A stretch of 64,000 bases of DNA from Gemmatimonadota bacterium. Its GTDB lineage: Bacteria; Latescibacterota; UBA2968; UBA8231. The stretch is taken from positions 1 to 64,000 of the forward strand of contig JAYPJE010000007.1 in assembly GCA_038128265.1 (NCBI GenBank), read 5' to 3'. Positions 39,326-48,950 of this stretch are shown here, piece after piece. The stretch's first letter is position 1; each line of letters begins with the position of its first letter. Under the pieces are notes generated by a model that was given only the letters and a program-made list of their open reading frames with translations, was not told where the DNA came from and did not search any database. Made by a program: the position numbers and the translations under genes.

Positions 39326-40189
39326 ATGCTGATAGATGCCCATAACCATCCCAATTGGCACGGCTTTAACGCGGACAAGATTCTGCGCAATATGGACGAG
39401 CAGGGCATCGATCAGATGTGGCTCTTTAGTTGGGAGGTGCCCGAGGATGAGTATGCACCGTCCTATCACGCCGTATTGCCTCCCACGGGTATGGGGATCC
39501 CGCTGGAGGACGTGATCGAGGTCGGCAAGGCGGCCCCCGACCGCTTTGTATTGGGCTATATGCCGCACCCGAAACGGCCCGATGCGATCGATCGGCTCAA
39601 GGCGGCCGTAGAAATTCACGGAATTCGCCTTGCTTCTGAGCTCAAGGTGCGCCTGCCCTTTGACGACCCGGACGCGCTGCGTCTCTACGCCTTTTGCGGC
39701 GAGCAAAAACTGCCGATCACAATTCACTTAGACTATCCCATTGATCACGGTCGCGGTAATTACCCGCGGCCCAATTGGTGGTATGGCGGCAGCATGGACG
39801 CCTTTGAACGGGCCGTTGTCGCCTGCCCCGAAACGGTTTTTATCGGGCACGCACCCGGTTTTTGGGCCCATATTTCCGGCGACGATCAATTCGATAAGGT
39901 TTCCTACCCCGAAGGGCCGGTTGCTCCCGGGGGCCGCGTCGGGCAGATGCTGCGCACATACCCCAACCTCTACGCCGACCTGTCGGCCGGGTCTGGTCTA
40001 CGTGCTTTGCAGCGCGACGCGGAGTTTGGCCGACAGTTCCTCGTGGAATTTCAGGATCGCCTGCTCTTTGGCAGGGATTATTTCGATACGCGTCTAATGG
40101 ATTTTCTTCTCGAGATCCAGCTGCCGCCAGAAGCGTTTGCCAAGATTACCCATCGCAATGCCGAGCACCTATTAAATGCGTACCTCTGA
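39326..40189 (+). CDS. Amidohydrolase 2 family protein
   Basis: IDAHNH, ITIH, FIGHA, YADLS, LLFGRD. Confidence 0.87.
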   Translation: MLIDAHNHPNWHGFNADKILRNMDEQGIDQMWLFSWEVPEDEYAPSYHAVLPPTGMGIPLEDVIEVGKAAPDRFVLGYMPHPKRPDAIDRLKAAVEIHGIRLASELKVRLPFDDPDALRLYAFCGEQKLPITIHLDYPIDHGRGNYPRPNWWYGGSMDAFERAVVACPETVFIGHAPGFWAHISGDDQFDKVSYPEGPVAPGGRVGQMLRTYPNLYADLSAGSGLRALQRDAEFGRQFLVEFQDRLLFGRDYFDTRLMDFLLEIQLPPEAFAKITHRNAEHLLNAYL

Positions 40190-40269
40190 GCGAGTCCTCC
40201 TTTGAAGGCCAATAGCGCCGCCTTCGGGCGCGTGATCGCGCACATTCTGTGCGCACGGTGCCGCTTGCT

Positions 40270-41214
40270 ATGAACCCCTTGGAAATTCTCTGGTTTGTAC
40301 TGGGTTTGGTCGGACTCTACTTTGGCGCCGAGTGGATGGTCACAGGGGCTTCGCGCTTAGCCGGTAGCTTTGGCATACGGCCCATGGTCGTAGGGCTTAC
40401 GGTGGTGGCTTTTGGCACATCCAGTCCCGAACTGGCGGTGAGCCTGATCGCCGTTTTCGAGGAGAGTGACGGCATTGCCATCGGCAATATAATCGGCAGC
40501 AATATTGCGAATATCGGTCTCATTATGGGCGCTTCAGCCCTTGTTTCCCCGCTCAAAGTCGAGCTCACGGTCCTGCGCAGAGAGCTGCCGATTATGGTTG
40601 GCGTGTCCCTGCTCTTTATCGCGCTGCTCTACGATGGAACCATCGGCTCCTGGGATGGATGCCTGCTCTTTGCCGGTCTTCTGTGCTACCTTGCCTACCA
40701 GCTGCGCGGCCTGTTTGGAGGGGGCGATCCTTCAGCAGGGCCGACCGAAGGCCAGGCTGAGGCACCGCGGCATGGATGGAATGCGCTGCTGATTGTCGTC
40801 GGGCTCGCTCTGCTTGTTGGCGGGGCCAATCTGATGATCGAATCGGGCATTGTCATAGCCAGAATGTTGGGTATTAGCGAAATCGTTATTGGCATTGCGC
40901 TGGTCGCAGTGGGCACATCGCTGCCCGAATTGGCCACTTCTATGGTGAGCGCGTTTCGCGGCGAGAGCGATATTTCGGTCGGCAACATCATTGGCAGCAA
41001 TATTTTCAACGTGATGTGCGTCGTGGGGATAGTCTCGATGATTGTCCCGTTGTCCGTAAACGGGGAACTGCTTTATTTTGAGCTGCCCGTAATGATGGCG
41101 TTCAGTCTGGTGCTCTTCCCCTTTATGCGAACGAGCTTTGTGCTGAGCAGGTTAGAGGGGGCGGTGCTGCTCGTCGGCTATGCCGTCTTTATATCCTATC
41201 TGTTTGGCCGGTGA
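40270..41214 (+). CDS. Calcium/sodium antiporter (YrbG/CaCA family)
   Basis: Two alpha repeats GTSSPE...GSNIAN and GTSLPE...GSNIFN. Confidence 0.92.
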   Translation: MNPLEILWFVLGLVGLYFGAEWMVTGASRLAGSFGIRPMVVGLTVVAFGTSSPELAVSLIAVFEESDGIAIGNIIGSNIANIGLIMGASALVSPLKVELTVLRRELPIMVGVSLLFIALLYDGTIGSWDGCLLFAGLLCYLAYQLRGLFGGGDPSAGPTEGQAEAPRHGWNALLIVVGLALLVGGANLMIESGIVIARMLGISEIVIGIALVAVGTSLPELATSMVSAFRGESDISVGNIIGSNIFNVMCVVGIVSMIVPLSVNGELLYFELPVMMAFSLVLFPFMRTSFVLSRLEGAVLLVGYAVFISYLFGR

Positions 41215-41305
41215 GAACGGCTGGGCTCTCGTCGTGCTCTCGATGTGGGCTAGGCGCTGGCACATCGCGTGCTGGCTGTGATTGAAAAAAGCAAAGGAGT
41301 TTAAT

Positions 41306-42076
41306 ATGGATTTGGGTTTAAAGGATAAAGTGGCCATCGTCAGCGGCGCCAGTCGCGGAATTGGCCGTTCAATTGCGCTGTCTCTGGCTGCCGAGGGCGC
41401 GAAACTGTGCATTTGCGCGCGCAACGAGGAAGGGCTTAACCGGGCCGCAGAGGAGATGCGTGCGGCTGGCGCCGAGGTCGAAGCGCTGGCCCTCGACGTA
41501 ACGACGGCCGAGGGCGCCGACGCGCTTGTCGCCGGTGCGGTGGCGCGCTTTGGCGGCGTCGATATCCTCGTAAACAACGTCGGTGGCTCGGTGTGGACTC
41601 CCTTTGCCGAAATAAGCGACGACGAGTGGAACCACGTGCTCAATTTGAGCTTTATGTCGGCCGTGCGCGTCAGCCGTGCGGCGTTCCCAGTGATGGAACA
41701 GCGGGGCGGCGGCAGCATCGTCAATATATCGTCTATCTTTGGGCGCGAGACGGGCGGCCCCATTTCGTATAACGCCGCCAAGTCCGCCATGATTAGCATG
41801 TCGTCCAATTTGGCTATCGAGGGCGCCGGCAAAAATATTCGCGTCAACTCGGTGGCGCCGGGATCTATTATCTTCCCCGGCGGTAGCTGGGAGCGCCGCC
41901 AAAAGGAAAACCCCGAACAGATCGCCGCATTTATCGATGCCAACCTGCCCTTCGGGCGCTTTGGCAAGCCAGAAGAGGTCGCCGACGTCGTGGCCTTTCT
42001 CGTATCGGAGCGCGGCAGCTGGGTCACGGGTACCTGCATTAATGTCGATGGTGGCCAGTCTAAGTCGAACACGTAA
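41306..42076 (+). CDS. Short-chain dehydrogenase/reductase
   Basis: SGASRGIG, NNVG, YNAAK, VDGG. AAAGGAG RBS. Confidence 0.92.
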   Translation: MDLGLKDKVAIVSGASRGIGRSIALSLAAEGAKLCICARNEEGLNRAAEEMRAAGAEVEALALDVTTAEGADALVAGAVARFGGVDILVNNVGGSVWTPFAEISDDEWNHVLNLSFMSAVRVSRAAFPVMEQRGGGSIVNISSIFGRETGGPISYNAAKSAMISMSSNLAIEGAGKNIRVNSVAPGSIIFPGGSWERRQKENPEQIAAFIDANLPFGRFGKPEEVADVVAFLVSERGSWVTGTCINVDGGQSKSNT

Positions 42077-42083
42077 GCCGGCG

Positions 42084-43106
42084 ATGGGGCTCGGGCTCGT
42101 TATCGCGCTTCTCCTAGCGGGGCACCCATTCGTCGTAGATGCGGGTGCGCAGCCGCGCAAACAGTCGATCGACTTTCTCAACGAGCGCCTAAAAATCCCC
42201 GATTCGTCGAGGTTTACCGAGGCCGAATACATTGAGAGCGGGGTGGGCGTGCCCTTTGGCGTGGACAAGCGCCTCAGTTATTTCAGCGGCAACTATGCCG
42301 AATCCATTGCGCGCTTTGGCGAGGCGCTGCGCCGCTATCCCTACAAGGCCGAAATATGGGTGTTCCTAGCGCGCTCCTATTTCTACGAAAAGGTCCCAGA
42401 AGAAGCCAAGAGGACCATTGAGCGGGCGGCAGAGACTATGCCCGATCTGTCGGATAGCTTTTGGAACCCCCTATTGGATAGCATGCTGGGGGTGATTCGC
42501 AATCGCGCCCTCGACCAGCAGGCCCAGATCGATTTCTATACGAGAAGTCAGGAAGAGTTTCTCGAACTTTTCCGCCTATTTCGCTTTTTGGTCGATGAAG
42601 ATGGAATGACCGGTATTGTGCTGCGGGCCGATGCCAAGGCAGCTAAAATGTCGTTTCTCGCTACGATGGTCTCGGCCGATTCGCGCACGCGCTACCGAGA
42701 CGAGTCGGATAAGTGGGCCGCGCTGGCCGAGCAAATGCGCGGCGAAATGCGTGCTCTGGGCTTTGCACCGCCCGATGCCATTGACGTGCCGGTTTACAGG
42801 GAGGAGGAAATTCCCCCAGCCGACGCCGACCTACTAGAGCAGACGCACCAGCTGCAGCTAAAAGTCGACTTTTACCAGCCCATATTAGAAGATTTTAGTG
42901 CGCTGTTTGAAAACTATCTGGCGCTCGATCTGCCAGAAGGTGCGCGCTTTGTGCTCGATGGTTTGCAGCGCGAGGCCGGGCGCGTGCGCTTGCAGGCCGA
43001 CACGGCGAATGATTTTGCCATGGCTAGCCAGTACGCAGAAGAGGCCGATGCGCTCGATGCGCTGCGCGCAGAGCTCAGTCAGCGCCTAGCGGGCAGCGGT
43101 CCCTGA
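42084..43106 (+). CDS. Secreted TPR-containing helical protein
   Basis: Signal-peptide-like N-terminus, TPR-like YFSGNYAESI...IWVFLARSYF, internally repeated QxxxDFY unit. Confidence 0.6.
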   Translation: MGLGLVIALLLAGHPFVVDAGAQPRKQSIDFLNERLKIPDSSRFTEAEYIESGVGVPFGVDKRLSYFSGNYAESIARFGEALRRYPYKAEIWVFLARSYFYEKVPEEAKRTIERAAETMPDLSDSFWNPLLDSMLGVIRNRALDQQAQIDFYTRSQEEFLELFRLFRFLVDEDGMTGIVLRADAKAAKMSFLATMVSADSRTRYRDESDKWAALAEQMRGEMRALGFAPPDAIDVPVYREEEIPPADADLLEQTHQLQLKVDFYQPILEDFSALFENYLALDLPEGARFVLDGLQREAGRVRLQADTANDFAMASQYAEEADALDALRAELSQRLAGSGP

Positions 43107-43107
43107 G

Positions 43108-44259
43108 ATGTATCGGCTGGCTGCTTTGCTGCTGCTGTGGGGAGCGGGCGAGTGCGTTGCTAACGCATCTCTTGCGGTGCGCCGCGAGTACAATCAGGTT
43201 GTGGCTGGTATCGATACGCTCACACGCCTCAACGCCGATCAGGACTTTACTGCCCTCGTGCGCCAGCGGGGCAACCGCGGAGCAAACGTGCCGCTTGTGC
43301 TGCTGTTTTGGGCAGACGATGAGGCGGAGATTTTTATCAATGGTTTCCGCATTGCTCAAACGCGCCTGACGCCGACGCAGGTGGAAATACCCGCTCTCTA
43401 TTTGCGCGATGTCAATCTGATCCAGGCTCATTGCTGGGATACCGACAAAGTGGAGAGCGGGTTTATGGCGGGAGTGTACGCGCGCGATGCTTCCGGTGGG
43501 TTGCGGCCGGTCTTGGTTACCGACGAGGGACCATGGCGAGCCGGAGACAAACCTGCCGAGGTGCGATTTTACTCCAATACGCAGCCCGATATACCTGGGG
43601 CTGAGGTTATTTGGGGCGAGGGGCTCTATGGCGAAGTGTGGCTGGAGGCCGAGTTTAGCGCACAGACTATTCAGCAGGCCTTGCAGCGCCGCGCCGTAGA
43701 AATGCCGGCCGCTAGCCCGCAGGTTATGGATGCACACGCAGTGCTAAGTCGCCTGGTGCAGCTGCAGGCTAGGCAAAAGGAGCTGGAAGCGCGCCTGAGC
43801 GGCCGTGATGAACTGGCCGGTATACCGCGCTATAAGGGCTACGTGAGCGGTCGCTTGGGTTTTAGTTTGGGTCGAGCGGGTAGGCTGGCTGAGCGGCAAA
43901 ATCGCCAGCGTACGGAAGCGCTACACGAGTGGGCCCAGGCCCTGCCCGCCCAAGAGCGCGCGCTTGTCTTTCGCCCGCCGCGCCAGTTAAAGGGCGTCGA
44001 GGCTGCTGTAGGGCGCCAGTCAATGGCAGCGGGAAAGAGCGAGGGCCGCACCGATCGGCGCAAAGACTACCTGCCGCCGCCCGAACGGGCGCCGCAGCGG
44101 CCGGGGCAGACGGCCAGCGCCATCGCCGCTAGCGCGCCGACCGTTGCTCGGGCAGTGGCTTGGATGCGTTGGGCGGCACTAATGGGATTGCTGGGGTATG
44201 TCGCCGGGGCCGGAAGGCGTTGGTGGGCCCTTTTCACAGCCGAGGAATGGAAGCAATGA
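43108..44259 (+). CDS. Exported protein with beta-sandwich-like domain, coiled coil and C-terminal membrane anchor
   Basis: Signal peptide, ADDEAEIFING (galactose-binding-like pattern), Pro/Ala linker, C-terminal TM followed by RRWW. Confidence 0.55.
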   Translation: MYRLAALLLLWGAGECVANASLAVRREYNQVVAGIDTLTRLNADQDFTALVRQRGNRGANVPLVLLFWADDEAEIFINGFRIAQTRLTPTQVEIPALYLRDVNLIQAHCWDTDKVESGFMAGVYARDASGGLRPVLVTDEGPWRAGDKPAEVRFYSNTQPDIPGAEVIWGEGLYGEVWLEAEFSAQTIQQALQRRAVEMPAASPQVMDAHAVLSRLVQLQARQKELEARLSGRDELAGIPRYKGYVSGRLGFSLGRAGRLAERQNRQRTEALHEWAQALPAQERALVFRPPRQLKGVEAAVGRQSMAAGKSEGRTDRRKDYLPPPERAPQRPGQTASAIAASAPTVARAVAWMRWAALMGLLGYVAGAGRRWWALFTAEEWKQ

Positions 44260-45023
44260 ACGCGTTGCTTATCGCAGTGGGGATCGCCCTTGTCGTTGCC
44301 GGCGGTGTGAGCGGCAGCTTGCTCCAGTTGATGCGCGCACGCCGGTTGCACCTGCGCGACCGAGAGCACGGCGTGGCGATACAGAACCTCCGGCACGTCG
44401 CCGGCGCGATAGGGGCCGTGGCGGGCGTGATTATTGGCGCGTTGGCAGCTTACTATCTATCGCTCAACCAGCGCGCCGATTTAATTGCCTGGGTAGGTCG
44501 CTGCTCGTACGGGCTCATTGCATGGGCGGCTGGCGGGCACGTGCTGACGCTAGTGCATATGGGGCTCCACTTGGTGCGCGAGGAGCGCGCGCTGCGCAAT
44601 TTGGGTGATAATCCATCGCTTACAGCGCGCCGTCTGCACTTATTGCAGGAAGGGCGCAGGGCCCACCGCCATTACATTGATTTCAAGACGCGCGATGAAG
44701 AGGGAATGGATGGGTTGATCGGATTTTTTGCCGAACCGCTGCTCAACGCGCGGCGCGATATGGCCCGTCTGCCCCTATACGGCTATCTCGGCACCGTGTG
44801 CGGTATATTGCTTATGGCACAGGAGTTGGGCCAGATTGACGAGGCATCGCAGACCTTCAAGGTGCTGTCTTCCATGGCTGAAGGATTGGCACTGGCATTT
44901 AAAACGACGCTGGTTGCGCTCGTTTCCTACCTGCCGCTGCGCAAAGCCGTCGACTATATGCTGCAGCGCGTTGCCGCTGTCGAGGAAGCTTGGCGGCGCA
45001 TGCGCGAGGACGCAGGCGAATGA
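44256..45023 (+). CDS. MotA/TolQ/ExbB proton channel family protein
   Basis: LPLYGYLGTVCGI and EGLALAFKTTLVAL helices, plus three extra N-terminal TMs. Confidence 0.78.
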   Translation: MNALLIAVGIALVVAGGVSGSLLQLMRARRLHLRDREHGVAIQNLRHVAGAIGAVAGVIIGALAAYYLSLNQRADLIAWVGRCSYGLIAWAAGGHVLTLVHMGLHLVREERALRNLGDNPSLTARRLHLLQEGRRAHRHYIDFKTRDEEGMDGLIGFFAEPLLNARRDMARLPLYGYLGTVCGILLMAQELGQIDEASQTFKVLSSMAEGLALAFKTTLVALVSYLPLRKAVDYMLQRVAAVEEAWRRMREDAGE

Positions 45024-45439
45024 GCCGTTTAATGCGGCGCTGGGAAGAGGAAGTCGAAGAGCACGATATTAGCAAGGAGCTCTTTCTCGGCATCATGATG
45101 CTGATGCTTTGCCTCGGCATTATGATTCTCAATGCGACGCAGCCGGTTTGGCGCGTCCATCGGCACGACCCGCAGCCCGATGATATTGTCGTTCTCTACA
45201 CGCGCGATGGATTGGGGCTCTCGCAGGATGGCTACACCATTGCCCAGCAGCTAGGCGAGTCCAGCTTTCAAAAACTGGTGCGCGGGATGGTAAGCGACCC
45301 CGAAGCGGATTTACATCTCTTCTTAAAGGGAGGAAGCCGCGATCAGCTGGTGCGGCATGCTTCGTTTGCCGATTCGCTGCTGTCGACGGACCAGGCCGGG
45401 AACAAAGTGCGCACGGCCGTCTACGTGCATACGTGGTAG
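45020..45439 (+). CDS. ExbD/MotB-like single-pass partner protein
   Basis: Short charged N-terminus, one TM, periplasmic domain of about 100 aa. ATGA overlap with the ExbB-like gene. Confidence 0.55.
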   Translation: MSRLMRRWEEEVEEHDISKELFLGIMMLMLCLGIMILNATQPVWRVHRHDPQPDDIVVLYTRDGLGLSQDGYTIAQQLGESSFQKLVRGMVSDPEADLHLFLKGGSRDQLVRHASFADSLLSTDQAGNKVRTAVYVHTW

Positions 45440-45446
45440 CAAAACA

Positions 45447-45487
45447 AATAGAGGGGATGGGACCATAGCAAGCCCACCCCCTCTATT
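45447..45487. terminator. Hairpin between convergent operons
   Basis: AATAGAGGGG-ATGGG...CCCA-CCCCCTCTATT, with a T-rich tail on the minus strand. Confidence 0.6.
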
Positions 45488-45504
45488 GACATCAAATTGG
45501 ACGG

Positions 45505-46323
45505 TTAGTTTTCGATAACGGCTAGGACATCGGTGCCGGTGACCATTTCGTTCAAAAAGGTAATGGTGGTTTGTCCATCGGCCGTTTTGAGCGTGTAATC
45601 ATCGCCCTTTTTCAAGGTGCCATAGCGATCGGCTAGTGCCTTGACCTTACCCGTTACGACGAGCTCGGTGCCAACGGGTACCAGCTGCACGCCGGGGTCT
45701 TCGGGGTCGACCTTCTTTACCAGCTTGTACTGCTTGCGGAAGGCGCTGCCAAAGGGACGACTGGTATCGAGGTAGCCATTTTCCTGTAGAAATTTCTCGC
45801 TTCCGGCATAGAGCCGCACCGAACGCTGTGCGGCTTTGAGCGTCGATACTTGGTCCTGCGTTTGGGCCAAATCCATTTCTAGCTGGCGAATGTGGTCGCT
45901 CTGGCGGCGAATAGAGGTATGGGCTTCCAGAAGGACTGTATTGAGGCTGTCGGCCTGGCCGCGCAGTCCGGCAATCGTGCGGCTGTCGGCTTGCTTATCC
46001 TCTTTTAGGCGGCGGATTTCTGCCTGTAGTCGATCGTTTTGCTGTCTGCGCTGTTCGGCCAAGTTGCGGAACTCGCGCAGCGATTTATTAAGTCCCTGCA
46101 CGTCGCTGATGAGTTTTTCATTGACGTGCTGTGCGCTGTCGGCTTTGGCGCGCATTGCGTCTAATAGCAGATTGGAGTCGTCGAGCGTATAGGTGAGCGA
46201 ATCAATCGCTGCGTTGGCCGAGTTGAGGTCTGTCTGCAGCTGGGCCAGCATCTGCTCCTGTTCTTCGTTGGCACAGGCTGTCAACAGCACAACAGTGCAG
46301 AAAAAGGCGATAGTGCGTAACAT
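45505..46323 (-). CDS. Coiled-coil lipoprotein
   Basis: Lipobox LTAC, long heptad region, small globular C-terminal domain. AAAGGAG RBS. Confidence 0.7.
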   Translation of the reverse strand: MLRTIAFFCTVVLLTACANEEQEQMLAQLQTDLNSANAAIDSLTYTLDDSNLLLDAMRAKADSAQHVNEKLISDVQGLNKSLREFRNLAEQRRQQNDRLQAEIRRLKEDKQADSRTIAGLRGQADSLNTVLLEAHTSIRRQSDHIRQLEMDLAQTQDQVSTLKAAQRSVRLYAGSEKFLQENGYLDTSRPFGSAFRKQYKLVKKVDPEDPGVQLVPVGTELVVTGKVKALADRYGTLKKGDDYTLKTADGQTTITFLNEMVTGTDVLAVIEN

Positions 46324-46340
46324 ATGAGCTCCTTTGGGCT

Positions 46341-47102
46341 TTATTTAAATTCTTTGCTGTAGAGGCTGTCGATTTCGGCCATGGTCTTGTTCAAATCGTC
46401 GTAGAGCGAGGCCTGATTGCGTGCCAGTGCATCGATTTTCTGCGCCGTCAAATCCTGTATTTCACGAGTTGTGTTGACCTTGCCGAGCAGCGTGTTGTGC
46501 TTCGAGTCCAGGGAGGCCGTCGTCGTGCTGAGCTTGGCCAAGTCGCCCTGCATCGCTCCTAGCTGTTTTTGCACCGTTTGCTGTGCGCGACGCTGGGTTT
46601 CTGTAAACTCCCGATAGCGCTGATCCTCTTGGACAAAGCGATCCTCCAGCCTTTTGTTGGTTTGCTGCTGGTAGGCTAGCCTGGCACGGCGCTCGGCTTC
46701 GAGCTTGGATTCGAGTGCGCTATTGGCCTCTGTTTGATCGGCTAAGTTTTGGCGCGTTCGCTCGTGGTTGCTGCGCTCGTTTTGCAAGTCGCGGCGCACT
46801 TCGAACTCGGACTGCGTCAAGTTCGCTTTTTCTTCCAGCTGCGCTGCGAGTCGAGCACTGAGCGCGTTGAGCCGCGAAGAAAACTCATTCATCTGGTCGT
46901 TGAGCTCTTGGCGGTGCTCTTTCTGGCGCTCGTGATTGGTATACAGCACCAAGCCCATAACGCACCCGGCCACAAGCGTCGCATAGGCGCCCAGCAGAAA
47001 GATATGCTTGCGCTCAAACATGTCGACGACGCGGAGCAGACCGATAATACCGCCCCAAATAAGAACAATGCCGCCCGCAATTGCGGCGATTATTACGTTC
47101 AA
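46341..47102 (-). CDS. Membrane-anchored coiled-coil protein
   Basis: Two N-terminal TMs then a long Q/E/K-rich coiled coil. TTG start chosen after GAGGG. Confidence 0.65.
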   Translation of the reverse strand: MNVIIAAIAGGIVLIWGGIIGLLRVVDMFERKHIFLLGAYATLVAGCVMGLVLYTNHERQKEHRQELNDQMNEFSSRLNALSARLAAQLEEKANLTQSEFEVRRDLQNERSNHERTRQNLADQTEANSALESKLEAERRARLAYQQQTNKRLEDRFVQEDQRYREFTETQRRAQQTVQKQLGAMQGDLAKLSTTTASLDSKHNTLLGKVNTTREIQDLTAQKIDALARNQASLYDDLNKTMAEIDSLYSKEFK

Positions 47103-47321
47103 CGGGCTAACCCTCGTTTGCCATGTGTCAGGGGATACATAGGCAAAAATAACACGGTCCACAGTGCGGCGCAAACGCCAATATAAATCGCAAACAAATT
47201 ACCTTGCCGTTGCAAAAAAGGCGTTTGCCCGTAATGTTTTAAAATGTGCTGAGGTTGGATATTCTTGAAGAATTGGTTAACGGGGGAACAGAATGTGCCG
47301 TCAAAAAAGGTCACGCGTGTG

Positions 47322-48950
47322 ATGCGGAATATGCTGTGGGCAAAGACGCTTTTAGTGATTGGGGCAACCGCGCTCTGTGCCCAACAGGTCGAGTTTGTCG
47401 ACGTCACGCGCGATGTCGGCATTAACTTTACCCATCACAATGGGGTAAGCGAAGAAAAACGCCTGCCGGAGACGGATGGGTCCGGGGCCGCTTTTTTCGA
47501 CTATGACGGGGATGGCGACCTCGATCTCTATTTCGTAAATAGCGGCGACCTCATAGAGGGGCGGGGGCAGTGGAGTAATGCGCTTTACCGCAATGACGGG
47601 GCGCTGTTTGCGGACGTTACGCAGGCGACGAATACGGCCGGAGAGCACTACGGTATGGGAGTTGTTGCCGCCGATTACGACAACGACGGCGATGCCGATA
47701 TGTACCTGACCAACTGGGGCGAAGATGCGCTTTACCGCAACGACGGGGGGGTGTTTAGCGACGCAACGCGCGCAGCGGGTATCTCCAATAGGGGGTGGGG
47801 AAGTAGTGCGGCATTTTTTGATTACGATAACGATGGGGATCTCGACCTTTTTGTGGTGAACTACGTCGACTTTACCTTGGAGACGCATAAGTGGTGCGGT
47901 CACGAGGCGCTTGGGCTGCGCTTTTACTGCGATCCGCGCCAGCACAACCCTACGGTTGATCGACTCTTTCGCAACGAAGGAGATGGCACCTTTTCCGATA
48001 TTGGCGAACAGGTCGGCATTGTCAAAAGGGGAAACGGGCTGGGGCTAGTGTGCTGGGACTACGATAACGACGGCGATCAGGACGTATACGTGGCCAACGA
48101 TATGGAGGCCAACTTTCTCTACGAGAACGGGGGCGACGGCCAGTTTGTTGAGGTGGGCTTGCTTTCTGGCACGGCGCTCAGCGCCGACGGAGCGGCGCAG
48201 GCCGGAATGGGGGTAGATACGGGGGATTTTGACGGCGACGGCGATCTGGATCTTTTTGTGACCAACTATCAGTTGGAAAACAACGCCCTCTATCGCAACG
48301 ATGGCCTCATGTTTACCGACGTCAGCTTTCGCACGGGCTTGGGGGAAATTAGCCTTAACTACCTCGGGTTCGGCGCCCTCTTCACCGACTTTGATAACGA
48401 CGGTTGGCTCGATCTATTTGTTGCTAATGGCCATGTGCACGACAATATCGAGGCATACGATAAATTGGTCACCTATGCGCAGAAGGCACAGCTCTTTCGC
48501 AACGAAAAGGGCACGTTTAGCGAGTACACTGTCAACGCTGGACCCGCTTTTGCCGTCGACTACGTCGGGCGTGGCACGGCGCAGGGCGATTACGATGCCG
48601 ATGGCGACATCGACCTAGTGCTGACCAATTCTGGGGAGCCGGCCGCCCTGCTGCGCAACGAGGGCGGCAATGCGGGCAACTGGTTGCAGATCGACTTAGA
48701 GGGGACAACCAGCAACCGCGACGCCATCGGAGCCATCGTGCGCATAGAGGCAGGGGGCCGAGTGCAAATGCAGCAGGTCAAGGCTGGTTCGGGGTACCAG
48801 TCGAGCAGCCAAAAAAGCCTGTTCTTTGGTCTGGGACGCACGGAGCAGGTCAAACGCATTACGGTCGAGTGGCCTTCCGGGGGCAAGCAGTCCAAAGGCG
48901 ATGTTGCGGTAAATCAGTCGATATACATTGTTGAAGAGGCCACTCCCTAA
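47322..48950 (+). CDS. CRTAC1-family FG-GAP repeat protein with ASPIC/UnbV domain
   Basis: Repeated DYDxDGDxDL...LYRNDG units, C-terminal NRDAIGA...SGYQS...FFGLG...WPSG. Confidence 0.9.
   Translation: MRNMLWAKTLLVIGATALCAQQVEFVDVTRDVGINFTHHNGVSEEKRLPETDGSGAAFFDYDGDGDLDLYFVNSGDLIEGRGQWSNALYRNDGALFADVTQATNTAGEHYGMGVVAADYDNDGDADMYLTNWGEDALYRNDGGVFSDATRAAGISNRGWGSSAAFFDYDNDGDLDLFVVNYVDFTLETHKWCGHEALGLRFYCDPRQHNPTVDRLFRNEGDGTFSDIGEQVGIVKRGNGLGLVCWDYDNDGDQDVYVANDMEANFLYENGGDGQFVEVGLLSGTALSADGAAQAGMGVDTGDFDGDGDLDLFVTNYQLENNALYRNDGLMFTDVSFRTGLGEISLNYLGFGALFTDFDNDGWLDLFVANGHVHDNIEAYDKLVTYAQKAQLFRNEKGTFSEYTVNAGPAFAVDYVGRGTAQGDYDADGDIDLVLTNSGEPAALLRNEGGNAGNWLQIDLEGTTSNRDAIGAIVRIEAGGRVQMQQVKAGSGYQSSSQKSLFFGLGRTEQVKRITVEWPSGGKQSKGDVAVNQSIYIVEEATP

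Noticed and set aside
41152..42268. Two roughly 300-aa minus-strand ORFs opposite the SDR gene
   Set aside because: Typical antisense shadows of a GC-rich SDR gene, with no recognisable motifs.
44256..45439. Zorya (ZorAB) defence system or flagellar stator
   Set aside because: No long ZorA tail, no OmpA-like domain on the partner, and no zorC/D/E or flagellar genes nearby.
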